Origin: Eledone cirrhosa
Taxonomy: Eukaryota
Assembly (NCBI GenBank): GCA_964016885.1
Contig: OZ024750.1
Location: 124,001-188,000 of the forward strand
DNA: 64,000 bases
Reading direction: 5' to 3'
The position numbers were made by a program, and so were the translations under genes. Shown in pieces: positions 11,039 through 24,786 of the stretch. How positions within the stretch are numbered: position 1 is the stretch's first letter; each line of letters opens with the position of its first letter. Under the pieces are notes generated by a model. That model was not told the DNA's origin, did no database searches, and saw nothing but the letters and a program-made list of their open reading frames with translations.

Positions 11039-14000
11039 TGTAGAATCGCAGATTCAAAATTGACGCCTTGCAAGTATTTAGCAAGGGGCTCGCGAAAATA
11101 TGGGTCCCTTAACATACGCAACTCTTGAAATTCAGCTAATCCAGCCCTGAAGGCAGCTATGATGTATGTACCTCGTGCTTCAGATTATCTTTTTTTCTAA
11201 ACCTACTTTTCATTGGACAACACTTTTACATAATCAACATTTTAAGCCCCCTGTGTCTTTTTGTGTAATGTCAATATTATTACATAGTTTTCACAGCCAG
11301 CCCCACATAAGTAATAAAACATACAAACACTCTTACACAGTCACACCCGGAAAATATAAATAAAATATATATAAAACATGTAAAAAATATAATCAATTTA
11401 TTTAAAAACTTTTGTAGCGCTCTCACTAAACTTTTCTTTAACAACCTATAAAGAAGCATTATCCTTATATGGACAGCATTGGGGGTAATTGCTGGCCTTG
11501 AATAAAAAAATAGAAACAATTATTTGGGCAGTGGATTGACCGTATCAGTAGAGGTCGGGCAAGAAGCTTTATGGGGTAGAGTTACGCTTCTTAACGATGT
11601 GAGTTCAAATCCTGCCGAGATTAGCTTTGCCTTTCATCCTTACGAGTGTGAATAAAATAAAGCACCAGTAATGCACTGGGTCGATATAATTGACTTACCC
11701 CCCCCCCCCTCTCTAAATTGCTGGCCTTGTGCCTAAAGTAGAAACAATTATTTCTACCAATTTTCCTACACGAAACTTATTGCAGCCCTGACATATTAAT
11801 AAGAACTCTTTTTACCATATTAACATTACAACCATTACCAGTGCTTCGCTGTGTTTATTGAGGGATTTAACATTCCTAACAATACCAGAACACTTTCACT
11901 CTGTGTCCGCTCATCTTACAAGCATTACCCCCATCTATCTCCATTGCCTCACACCTCCCAACACAAGGAACTGCCTTACTGTCATAATACTTCCAAAACG
12001 AACATTTAGTTTTGATAATAAAAAAAAATGATAACAACTTCATCGTGTGAAAATGTTTCGTGAGAAAAAAAAAAAGAAATTTTGAGGGAAAAAAAAAACG
12101 GTTGAAAACAACCGCCTGGAAGCGAAATTTATTAAGTAAACAAACTAGTACGTATAAGTGTCAATGCCCATTTCTTTCTGTTCAGTGGGTTTATACACTC
12201 CGTTATTATTAGACTTTTATTTAGTCAAAGGGGAACAAATTTTTTTTTGTTTTTTTAAAAGTAAACGTAGACCAATCAAATGACTAAGATAAACCGGACA
12301 TTGGAACAATCTTACTGTTTGTTGGCCGGCAGTTTATTTTGTGACACTATCAATCATTTAAGCTGTACACTTGACAAGTTGGGGTTATAGGATTACTAAA
12401 AAGGTTCTTAATTCGCATTCTCAGAAAAAATTAACCTTTAAGTTGAATATCATGAATCCCTCCCCACCTCTCTCTCTACACACATATATATATATCCTTG
12501 TATATATATTATGTATATATTCTTGTGATAGGGATGGACGCGAGAATAAGTACTCAATACTGAGATAGAGTCTAAATATTCTTTGTTATGGCGAAGTGAT
12601 GAGTCTTGTTACTCTGGAATTTTACCTTTGTACCACAGGTGATCCTGTGAGTACACAGGTAAAACTCCCGGGTAACAAAACTCATTAGTTAACCATAATA
12701 AAGAACAGATTTACCATTGTGCCAGGGTGGCCCATCTTCCTGCCAAAAAAATTCAAGAAGGGCAATCCCTCTAAGTATTTGTAATTCTAAGTGAGGACAT
12801 ATCAGTTCAAAGTGAGCCCTTACCAAATCGAAGTGAGATTAAGGATTTCAAAATGAAATTTTACGACTTAAAAGTGACAATAGCAATTTCAAAATAATAT
12901 TAACACAAAAATATTTGGTTGATCGTTGTATTTTGAAAGACGTTATATCATTTGTAATGTCAATAATTTGAACTTGTCTGATTAATTATATGGTTTTATC
13001 AGTCCACTAATGGGACAAAAAAATATCATATGGTTGTAGTAGTAATAACTTGCAGATGTATTGCGGCAATGTCATTGATCCACGATCATAATGTATAAGC
13101 TAACTGCAATCAGCGTTAGACGCTTGTAGAAACAGTAATCCAATCCAGGGTCTTCTCCTGTTGGAGGAACCCTTCTCTGGTTGACTTCCACCGTTAACTG
13201 TTTGGTCATGTCTTCAGGGCTGAAGCCGTACTCACTATGCTTGGCCAATTGCGGGTTGGTGAGGCTATTTAACCCATACTTGGCTGTTGACTCTGAGGAG
13301 TTCTTCCACTCTTTTAACAGCTCTTGTTTTTTGTGCTGCTGGGGTTACACTTACTCTCCTCAGACAAATGTCATGGTATTTTTTTAAGTCTATATCACCT
13401 TGTTTGTATATTGAAGGACACAGGTTGTATTTAAAATTCACCGCGTTTTAAATCACAACTCGTTATTTATTATGGTGACAACACTATCTATGTATTTATC
13501 TTTCACACACACATATTCTCTCTCTCACACACCCTCTCTCTCTCTCTCTCGACAACAAGGACATTTCACTCCTCCTCTTCACACTCCTACATATATGATG
13601 TGACGGACAGACAGATGTAGAAATAGCTTTTCTTTTAAAATATAGATTATTATCTAATTTCCCAGTACCAATGTAAGGTTAGAACACTGGACCTTGTGAT
13701 TGGAAAACAAATTTCTTTTAGCAACATGATTGAGACAGGAAATACCTTGTGTGTATGTGTGTAAATTTTAAAGTGTTAAAGACATACATATGTCGAATAA
13801 TTAGGGTTAACCTATTTTTTGGTCTGTTCACAATAACGTTAAGTGTTACCAAAGAAGCAACTTTTTCATTTGTGTCAACAAACTTGTCGGGTAACTTACA
13901 TTATTATCCTCAAGATTACACCTAGCAAACAGATTTATTCATGTAAATTTTGTCAGTTAATGTTGTTTAGTTGGAGATCATCACTAATGACGTTGAACTT

Positions 14001-14439
14001 TATAAATATACAAATAAACACACTAGCTGTTGTTATGTGTTCAGTTGAGAGTGTCCAATTATGTCTAAAAAAATTGTCTCAAGCCCCCAAAATCTGTCCA
14101 TAGGCTGGTGTTCATCCTTGTTTATTTATCATTAAGCGACTGAGAATATAAAATTCCAAGCACCGCAACACCGATGAAAGAAGTATGTGGACCGTAAGAG
14201 GGCGCTATATTGAAAAATAAATTTCATCTGATCACATTTCATGAGAGTATGTAGGTCAGCCTATGAATTTTTCAGCCGACCTTCGTATATAAATTCCTGA
14301 TGTTTGAGGAAAAGAGTGTTGTGGTGCAATCAGGGCTGGTGCTACCATTAAGCCAGCTAAGGGTGCAAACCTCAGAGAAGCACATTACTGAACCCAGACT
14401 CGTTGGGGTCCTGGAGAGGGAGAGGGCCTTCAGAACATT

Positions 14440-15012
14440 TTAGACGGACAATCTATAAGAGAAAACCCGACTCAATAAAATCATTTTTGTCAATAACTTC
14501 TACAGTTTACATCCGATTTCCTTCAAATTTGGAACGAACATGCATTATGTTCCCGAATTTATTTTGGACTCATAACATTTTGTTTAGTGCACCCTCTGGA
14601 CTAGAAAAAACCAATCGAAAAAATCCGCATCGTTATAACGCCTACAGTTTGCGACCGATTTCCTTCAAATTTGGAACAAACATGCCTCATGTACCAAGCA
14701 TTATTTTGGACTAACCGATTTTCGAGTTTTTATCTAATTCAGGCCCTGTGTGAGAAAAACTAAATTTAAAAAAGTATCGACGTCAATAACTTCTACAGTT
14801 TGCGGCCGATTTTATTCAAATTTGCACCAATTATGCATTGTGTTCCATTTAATATTTTTTACTCATAACATTTTAGTTGTTCTGCTTCTGTAGCCCCTAA
14901 CAGCGGAAAATCAACTCAAACGGCCACCTCAATTGCATGGTTTATTGCTTGGTCCATGCGGGTTTATCGATTTCCCCCCCACTGGCATAGCACGCGGTGC
15001 ACAGATGTTTAG
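14440..15012 (+). mobile_element. Helitron-like non-autonomous element with internal repeats
   Basis: Three copies of ATAACTTCTACAGTTTGCG.CCGATTT..TTCAAATTTG; terminal GCACGCGGTGC hairpin followed by TTTAGT. Confidence 0.5.
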
Positions 15013-16415
15013 TATAAAGGGCGCATTTCATAAGATATCGGTTGTACCAGAAAAAGCTTACTTGGTGAAAAAGAGTCAGAACGGATCTATTGAAAAAGTA
15101 CCCGCCAACGGTTAGCAACAATAACACCGGATGTTACTGGTTTATTTTTTTCACCAAAGAAGTAGGGCATAAACTACAACCTGTGTTTCCGCTCCATGTG
15201 CGCAACTCACAATCATATTTGATTTTTTATTTATACGTGTTACTACACTTTTGAAGTTTAATTTTTCCAATCCCATGCAACGCTGGGGTCTACTACTTGG
15301 TCGCAATAATTCTAAAGCAGAGTTTAGGAATAAGCATATCACCGTATTTTTATTTAAAAATTTGAGGGTGGGTCTTTGAAAGGAAGGGGGCAGTGATCTC
15401 CTCCTCCCCTTCTTGGAATGGGGCCGACTGTTTTATATAAATTTATATATTTAACTTAAATATATAATAATAATTTCCTGCGATCAATAAATAAATCACT
15501 AAACATCTTTGTCGCGTAGCTACACAATGAAAATATCCAAGTGGTGGAGAGGGCCATGTGGTGTTAGGACCTGTCACGCATTGTGTTGCTCTTCTTTACA
15601 TTCTGAGTTCAGATCCTATTGTGATCTGTATATATGAGTAATAGATTTAATCTGAAGTTCGGCTTAATACCACCACCACCTGGCCAATAGGTGGTTTTAT
15701 CTGAGTTCAATCTATTACAAACATTTGCTTCAGGTCTCTGGGTTCCTCTCCCTCCAGGAAGGTAAGTGGAAACCCATCAGAACAAAAACAAGACCAGTCA
15801 AAAGGATGATGAACTCCACAGAGTCAACGGCCATCCACCCCATCTATGGATTAAATAACCTCTCCAAGCAAGAGTGTTGAGTATGGCTACACACCCTGGC
15901 TACTTATAACTGTCCTGTTATCTTGCCTTGGCTTGTCACTCGACACATACCTGCAAAGATGGAGAGGGTGGTGTGGGTGTAACACAAGCACTATCGTCTT
16001 TTTATGCAGATATTTCTCCACAGGTTCTACGGCAGTGGAGGAGTGGCAACATGTTCAGACACGACCGGTTAGGAGCACACAGTTACAAATCTACACGCAG
16101 GCGGTTCGAGTCTTATCCTAACATCACTGCACTGTTAACCTGAACACACACACACACACACACACACACCGAAATAAAAAGAAATTATTCATTCACATAT
16201 TTTCCATAAATAAGCCCTCCCCAAATTCCTGATTGAAAACCATCACTATTACTATACTCTGTTCTTTTAATTACCCACCACAAAAAGACCCGTGACAAAC
16301 AAACAAAATAAAACACAGACACCACACTACAAATATATATATATATATATATATATAATGTGTGTGTGTGTAAAAGAAATCAAAGAACGCCTACATACTC
16401 CTACGATTTTTATTC

Positions 16416-16460
16416 GCTGACAATGTTTCATCCATACCGTGGGGCAGGAATCATCAGAGC
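16416..16460 (-). ncRNA. Minimal type I hammerhead ribozyme motif
   Basis: GCT-CTGATGA-T TCCTGCC CCAC GGTATGGA T-GAAA-CATTG-TC-AGC. Confidence 0.7.
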
Positions 16461-16845
16461 TTTATAAACAAAAATATAATTCTGAGTATAAGCTCTACCA
16501 AACTTAATCACACGAACATTAGATATACAGCACAGGATAATAAGAGGGAGATTGGAAATGGAAAGGATGGAGAGAGTGCGTAATGGGGTTGTTATTCAAC
16601 ATTACAGCTACATAAGAGGATATAGGCAGATTTTCTCACAAGAGGCGGAGGCACGTGAGGGCACACAGAAACAAATAAAGCATTTAAAGATAGTTAAAAA
16701 ATTTAATAATAAGAAAGTAAAAGAAAAATAAGAATATAAAAAGCTAAATAAATAATTAAAAAATTGAAGCACACAAAAGCAAGAGAGGAAGTTTACCCAT
16801 CTCATTACAGTTGAACATTGCAAACTCGACTGTCACCACATATCA

Positions 16846-16884
16846 TGAACCTGAAGATTGCGAAAGCATGAAAGTACTTGTTCA
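16846..16884 (+). ncRNA. Minimal type I hammerhead ribozyme motif (39 nt)
   Basis: TGAAC-CTGAAGA-T TGC GAAA GCA T-GAAA-GTAC-TT-GTTCA. Confidence 0.8.
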
Positions 16885-17359
16885 ATTAACACTTAGAATT
16901 TAATATTCTATCATACTATTTCATTATAATACCATTATATATATTTTAAAGGATTGTAAATAAAACGAGTAAATCAGACAAAGTTGGAATTCCTCTTATT
17001 AATATATATATAAGTAGTAACACAACAGTCAGTTCACCATATATATAAGGTTCCATTTTAGACCCAGTCTTCTTCTCAACTAGAAAGATGAACAGACCTT
17101 CTTCAACGCTTAATTTTAGATTTAAAATTTTTAATTCTTGTTCATTGTAATATTCAACATTTGATAAGATGAATTGCACTGATACATCAAAACCGGTTAT
17201 ATTTCATATTTATTGTAAAACTTTTTTTTTTAATGTTCCTCTCATTTTTTCAATAATGTCACTTTGATAGATCAAAGAAAAAAAACAGAAAAACAGATCC
17301 TTTAAATATATTTCCGGGCTATTTCCGATTCCACTTTTTTGTATAGAACCTTACTTCCT

Positions 17360-17403
<44 letters not shown>

Positions 17404-17538
17404 CAAAGTAAGTGTGGTAAGATACCAGGTGGACCATAACGCACCAGAGTACGAAAAGAGTCAGGACTCCGACGGCTGAGCTCCGGCCGTTTCGACAGCT
17501 AGATCGGAACTCACCCGTCAGGGTCCTGACTCTTTTCA

Positions 17539-17595
<57 letters not shown>

Positions 17596-17737
17596 AAATA
17601 AGAAAGGTTGGGCGGGATTGTGGATGATGGTAGAGTAGGGTGGTGGTGAAAATGTTAAGGTATGTGTAACGGATTTAACTCAGCCGGAAAGGTCGGGAAG
17701 GTCTTATTCTTTTCTAAATTATTGTAACAGATTAATA

Positions 17738-18122
17738 ATATAATTGTCTCTACTTTTGGCATAAGGCCAGCAATTACCCAGTGCGTGACTGGTACTTTAT
17801 TTTATCGACCTCGTAAGGATGAAAGGCAAAGCTAACCCCGGTGAGATTTGAACTCAGAATGACAAGGGCCGTAACTCTATGCGTCAAAGCATGGTGTCCG
17901 ACCCTCTACCGATACTGCCAATCCACCTTTAATAATATAATTGTTTCTACTTTTGGCACAAAGCCAGCAATTATCACAGTGCATTACTGGTACTTTATTT
18001 TATCAACCCCGTAAGGATGAAAGGCAAAGTTAACCTAGGCGGGATTTGAACTCAGAATGGCAAGGACCGTAACTCTATGCATCAAAGCATGGCGTCCGAC
18101 CCTCTACTGATACCGCCAAGTC
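17738..18122 (-). mobile_element. Two head-to-tail copies of an abundant tRNA-derived SINE
   Basis: Family consensus TGGCAGTATCAGTAGAG...GAGTTCAAATCCC...TTTGCCTTTCATCCTTACGGGGTCGATAAAATAAAGTACCAG...GTAGAAACAATTATT. Confidence 0.85.
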
Positions 18123-18330
18123 AGCATGTAAAGAAGGAGGAGAAATTATTGAGCAAATGGGCGGTGAAGAAGATAGAATGTAATAACTTGTGAAACGACA
18201 TTCGTATTGGTTGGAGAGGATGTAAAATAAACATAAATAATAACAACTTCTACGCCTTAAGTTATATAGTAGCTATTGCTATCAACAGCTGCAGTTGGAT
18301 GTTCAAGACGACGACGACGATCCTGAAATT

Positions 18331-18479
18331 ATGTCTCCGTCTGTGTGGTTGGGATTTTTTCTCTGTATATTAGGGATAGTTTCCGCAGAAAAAACAAAGA
18401 TAATAGACTATTTCATAGCAGCTGAAGAAGTTATTTGGGATTATGCTCCCAGTAAAAATGATTTGGTCACTGGAGAAGA
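18331..18479 (+). CDS. Ferroxidase exon 1 (signal peptide, [14 protein letters not shown])
   Basis: ATG at 18331; donor GA|GTGAGT. Confidence 0.9.
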
Positions 18480-18648
18480 GTGAGTAAAAGATTTTTTTTA
18501 CTTCGTTTATCTAATAATATTAACGCATGGTCCACGAGGCTTTATAGGAATCCACACGCACACATATATATATAGTTTATGACAGGCTGAATGAGTTGGG
18601 GTCCAAAACCCCACGAAAGTTAAGTACCTGTTTATGTCACTGTTGTAA

Positions 18649-18679
<31 letters not shown>

Positions 18680-20069
18680 ACGAAGGAGTTGTGGTAAGGA
18701 ACCAGATGGACCATAACGCACCAGAGTACTCAATACTTAGGGCAGTAGAGTGGGTATATATATATATACGTTATTCCGGGTTGAATCGGAGGTAACCACA
18801 GTAAGTAAGGTACTCAATACATAGAGTATAAAAGTTTTAATATAGATGAGATTCTACAGGACTAGAACTGTTTCATTCTTTAGATTCCTGATGATTTCTA
18901 AAGAATGAAACAGTTCTAGTCCTGTAGAATCTCATCTATATTAAAACTATATATATATATATATATATATCAGATCTGTCAACTCTCCTAGTCCGACAGG
19001 GAGATCACCCGTCCACTTTGGTGTGGGTGAGAGATGTCTTCTCTTGTGAAAATGGGTACTGCTTTCATTATGTAAAATCTCCCCAATTTGCCTCATTTCT
19101 CCCCAAAACGGGGAGAAAAAGAAGTTACAAGGAAAACCCCTCTGAGGAGGTGTGACTCCACGCTCTCTGTTCTCCGGTGGGAATAGTCGATTATCAAAAT
19201 CTTGGAGGTTACATTAATTGATAGCACACGAAAAAAAAAAAGAGGAAAACATTTTTCACACTGAAATCGATTGGGGTGTTCTATAAATTTACCTACAATG
19301 AATATACCTATACTCTACTATCATATTGAGCACCTTTTTTGACAGTGATCGCCTCCTGATTTATATCAGGATCCTTATATATATGTGTTTGTGTGTGTGT
19401 CACCCAAACACAGGGCCGGATTTAGACATTGGGACCCGGTACACTTCAGATTTGGTGGGTGGTTCACGCACCAAATATATAGCAAACCCCCAATTTTAAA
19501 TATCAAAGACGGCTTGGCGTAAGTAATTGAAATTGAAAAATTATTCATGCAGGTACACAATTTAAAAAAAAATCTAATCATCGTCATTTTACGTCCACTT
19601 TCCACACTGACAAGTGTTGGACAGGTTGTCACGGTCCAAGATCAGAGGTATCGGAGTGACCTTACCTTGCTCATACCTGTTTGGCAGGATGCCCTTCCTA
19701 ACATAACTACTTTAGAGCGTTTACTGGCTGCATTTATACAGTTCTTCTTCTTTCACTTATTCCTGAGAAGGTTGTGGGGCAACGTCCTCAAACATTCCTT
19801 CCAGTGAGTCCTGTCAGAAGCAACCGTCTCCAACTGATCCAGCTGGATCCCTAAGCGAGACCAGCCAAGCTCATGGATGTTATCCAAGCATCTTGCTGGG
19901 GGCATACCCTTGGGCCCCCTGCCGGTTGATTTTGTCCGTGAAAATCTGTCCAGCGATTTTTTACACAGTTAACTAGATATAATGTAATGAGGCACCCAGC
20001 TTCGCCAAGGTTAACAAATGATAAGACCGACAGAAAAGAAAACGTCTGTATTGAATGCATTGTCGTTTA

Positions 20070-20103
<34 letters not shown>

Positions 20104-23100
20104 TATCTGGTGTGTGTGTAAACCACCGTTGGAACCGGAGACATAGGCCGCGAAACACGATCATCACTGACAACGAACTCGCTGAGAGAATCCTTTATGG
20201 TTGATTCCCAACCTGCTAGAAATAGCAGTCAGGTTGGTTAGTATACGTGGTATGTCTTTCTTCTTCTTTGGTGTTATAAAATTAGTATTAATAAACTTTC
20301 TGTGGTTAGAAAAAGCTATCTCACTTACCGCTTTTCATAGGCGCCGATAAATCCCACTGCTGGTTTCTCCTCTTCCACGTGCGTCCAACTCATTAACACC
20401 GGGAGCTGCCAAATCTCGTGTCCACACCGTTGCTGGTCACCACTAGAGAGAGACCGATCTGCTGGCCCTTCCGGTCGAGCACCCTTCCGGCCAAGCACCC
20501 TTCCGGTCGAGCACACCCCCGCTTCCGGCCACCGCACGCTACACCATACCCACACGCCCCCCTGATCTCAAGGATCAATTTCCCCCTCGTCCTTCTGCAT
20601 ATGAAAGTCTGCTGTCCAGGTTGGTGGTTTGCGACTTCTTTGCGATCTCCGCAGTGTTGGGGCGGCACTTTGGGTTTCCTCTTCCTCGGAGTCCGTTGAC
20701 ACAGTGATTCTACGGACATCCAGGACATGACGTGGTACTCCGTCCACGGACACATTGTTCTGGGAATTTACGGCCGTCACCGTTCCCCTTCCCCATTGAG
20801 ATGTGCAACGTGCATCTGGGGGCTTAACCCAGACTTCTTCGCCCACCTGCACGAATGCACTCTCTCTCCCCACTGGCCGTTGTGGTGGCGTGCACGGGTG
20901 CCGCCACTCGTATCTGAATACTGCTCTGTGTGGCACCGATTCCTCGACCTGCCCACCCGAGGGGACATGTACCAGAACACTGCCTCCATTGGTGAGATAT
21001 GGCCCCGCTCCGTCATGCCTTGATCGTCCGGTGGTGTCGCTCCACAATTCCATTCCCGCTCGGCCTGTGCGCTGCTCTGAAGAAACAGTCCATCTTCCAT
21101 CCATCGAGCATCTCTCTCAGCGCCTCCGAGCGGAACGCTGCGCTGTTGTCCATCAGCAGTTCGTCCACAGGGCCCCGCTCCAAGAACACCTCCCTCAACG
21201 TCCGCATGATTTCCTCGGCCGTTCCAGTCTTCATCTCCCTCCATATCGCCATCCGTCCTGGTCCACCATCGAGAGGTACGTTCCCTGTCGGTAGTGCGTT
21301 ACATCCACCGCCACTCGCTTCCAGTCGCGATCCACCGGAAGGCTTCCAGTTTCGTGCACACCCGGGGCAGGATCAATGGACTGACATCGGACACAGCCTC
21401 TAACCACCCTTTGAACACTGTGTCTGTTAACGTCCGAGTCGATTCTCCTGGCTAGGAACAGGCTCCTATCCACTCCCATGTGGTGCATGTCATGCAACCC
21501 TTTCAGATCCGACTCGGTCAGCTGACACACGGCAGCTATCTCATCTTCTACCTCCTCCGGCGCTTCCATCCACGCTTTATTCACCCTAGTTAAGACGTCC
21601 GCCCTATTTTTCTCTGAGGGCACGAAAACTACGCTCAGCCTCAGGTCGAACTCGGTGGCCAGCTCTCCTAAAGTTCCCAGGCGGTGCTTTATCAGCATCT
21701 CCTCCGCCCCTCTCGTTCGCACTGATCTCACCCATCCGAGTACAGTAGCTGAGTCGGTGCGTATCTCGATGGTGCGCAGTCCCCACCTCAGGGGGAGGTT
21801 CACCCCTCTCAACACTGCGTCCAGTTCGGCCACATTGATGTGGTTGCAGTCGTCCTTCTTCCTAAGCCAGGCTGCATCCTCGACCTCAACACCTATCTCC
21901 AACGTGACACCCAGCGCTATGCTGCTGGCATCGCACCATACGGTCCCGGTCTGAGATTTGGGAACATACCAGCGTCCCCGCACTGGGTCGTCGGCCTTCA
22001 CCCTCCCCACGATCTCCTGCATCATGGCCACCGTCCTCTCTCCCACTCTGTCACTCCTCCCGCTCGCGTCCACACCGTTGCTGGTCACCACTAGAGAGAG
22101 ACTGATCTGCTGGCCCTTCCGGTCGAGCACCCTTCCGGCCAAGCACCCTTCCGGTCGAGCACTCCCCCGCTTCCGGCTACCGCACGCCACACCATACCCA
22201 CACTTTCCTAGATATACTCTTATCCCAATCCTATACATACTTTCCGATTGTCACTTTCCGTTTTTTTCGTGTGATTCACGAAGGAATGAACCAACAAACA
22301 TCTCTCTTTTATTTGTTCATTCAAAATATTTTTCAGCTAATTCTGTCGTACAATATACATCAGCAATCGTTATCTAATGTTTAAAACATGAATAGCTGCG
22401 ATATATGCACCATAGTAATTAAAAACGATATGAGGATTGAATACCATACTAAAGCGTCAGTAAGCTTGCTAAGAACCTGCAGATAGAAATGTTAATAAAT
22501 ACATTTGGCTTGGGTAAACTTTAAGATGTTCTTTCATTGTAGGTTTCTTTTCTCAGCCAGTACGTTAAAGAAAATTGATAGTTACAACAATAAAGGTTGA
22601 ACAGAGAACAAATTTTTTTAACAAACTTTATAATAATTTGTACAACCATAATGGAAATTCCAAGTAACAGAAAATACATAAATTACATTGTTAGAGCCTC
22701 AGAGTATACCATTTTTTTGTTCGGCCCTCGGGAGCAAAGATGGAGAGATTGTTTGGCGAGCTCAACCTAGAGCATCCTACATACAATTGACCATGCTTTT
22801 CCCAGATGAAGGCCAGCTACTTTTATGGTTTGACCCTGAGCTTTGTTGATGGTAATCGCGAAGCTTAGTCTCTCTGTTCCTCTAGTAACATTTTTTCTTC
22901 TGGAAAATCTTATCTTGCGGCCAGGCTAGGACTTTTGGGATGGCATCTCGGCAGTAACAATGACGATAAGCCGTCTGTGCTTTTGTGAAATAAATACGTT
23001 TGTTTATATTTTGTTTTTGTGTATGAAAAATATCTGTACATGAATATATAATTATATATATATATATTAAAATAACAGATTAAAGTTTAAGCAAAGAATC

Positions 23101-24296
23101 GCTGCTTTCACCCTTAACGGCATCTCTGAAAGTAAAAAAAATCAATCTTTGAACGCAGAAGTAAATATTTCGAAAAACGTTGCAACCGAAAGAAAACAGG
23201 AAGAGGATACTTTGGTTCGTGAAGACGTTAGGAATGTCGTATAACCGGAAGTGTTGACATTTGAAAATTTTAAAGAAGTGAATATTTAAATAATATCTTT
23301 AATCTTTTAACAAAATGCAGTAGACAAAAATACCCTCACTTTCAAATTTTGATATTGGTTGTAACACACACGCATTTTTAATTTTTTTTATTTGTTTGGC
23401 ACCCCCCACCACGTGAAATGGTGGCAGGATAGATGCCAACCTACACACACAAATTCTTCTGAACATAACAGCAGCACACTAATGCTGACCTGCCAGCTGA
23501 CCCCTTAACACCACTACCACTACCAACACAATGGAGGAGGTCAGCTGTACTTAAACAAAAACAACTACAAAAGAAAAATTTCTATAGACTTTTCTCACAA
23601 CTGTTCTCACAACTGACCAATGGGATGCGAGTGTGTCCTATGATGCCGAAATTCGTTTGTTCTAACTCATATGGTTCCAGTTCCTCAGGGAAATAACAAC
23701 ACAACCAGGAGCTGGACATATCGATGTATTGACGGAGTAAAACACACTTCAACAACATGTGTACCTGTCTTTCCCACACCAATTCGGACTGCCTGAAGAA
23801 GTCACAGCCAATGATGGCTGTCACCGAAATAAATATAGCAGTATATCTATAATTTATAATAAACGAAGCCAAATTTTACATATTTGACTTAATTATTTTA
23901 CATTACCCCGGAGTAAACAATCCAATCTGCGTACTTCGTCGAGTGTTCCAATCTGCATACTGAGGTGTCGGTAAACAACCAACATATACTCAATATATAT
24001 ATATATATAGAGAGAGAGAGAGCGAGAGATGTATATACATGTGTGTATACAAATATATATATATATAGTTCTGCCAACTTATTATTATTATATGGATTGG
24101 CAGTATCAGTAGAGGGTCGGATGCCATACTTTCTAGCATAGAGTTACGTCCCTTTACGGACTGAGTTCAAATCCCTCTACGGTTAACGTTGCCTTTCATC
24201 CTTTCGGGATCGATAAAATAAAGTACCAGTAATGTACTGGGTAATTGCTGGCCTTGTGCTAAAAGTAGAAACAATTATTATATATATAAATATGTG

Positions 24297-24328
<32 letters not shown>

Positions 24329-24732
24329 CAAGAGAGTCAGGACCCCTATACATATATACACACACACATATTTATATATATAATAATTGTTTCTACTTTT
24401 ATAGTATATATGCAAACATGCATAACATATTGTTAGGAACACTAATGTTTCAGATTAAGCTTAAAGAACTAATAAGAAAATGTATGAAAAATGCTAAACA
24501 TGATCCAACTGGAAGACAGTCATGTTTTCAATATGACATGTTTGAAAGAAAGAAAAGCTGTCCATGCAAGTGTGGAAAAATGATGATGGTGTGTCTGTGT
24601 GTGTGCCTCTCTGTGTGAATATATATATATATATACATAGTAGCTGTCTTGGTGGTATAGTGGGAAATCTTAGTGGTGGTGGAGAACCTGCTCTGGGGTT
24701 CAATCCTGGACAAGAAATACATGTAGAGTTTC

Positions 24733-24786
<54 letters not shown>

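Noticed and set aside
12579-12705. Pre-miRNA interpretation of the imperfect hairpin
   Set aside because: About 11 mismatches with no G-U bias on either strand, and the GTACTCAATAC context points to an aged element fold-back; small-RNA data would be needed.
18295-18330. Upstream TTG start giving MDVQDDDDDPEI
   Set aside because: Bacterial-style start in the ORF track; the ATG at 18331 directly opens the signal peptide.
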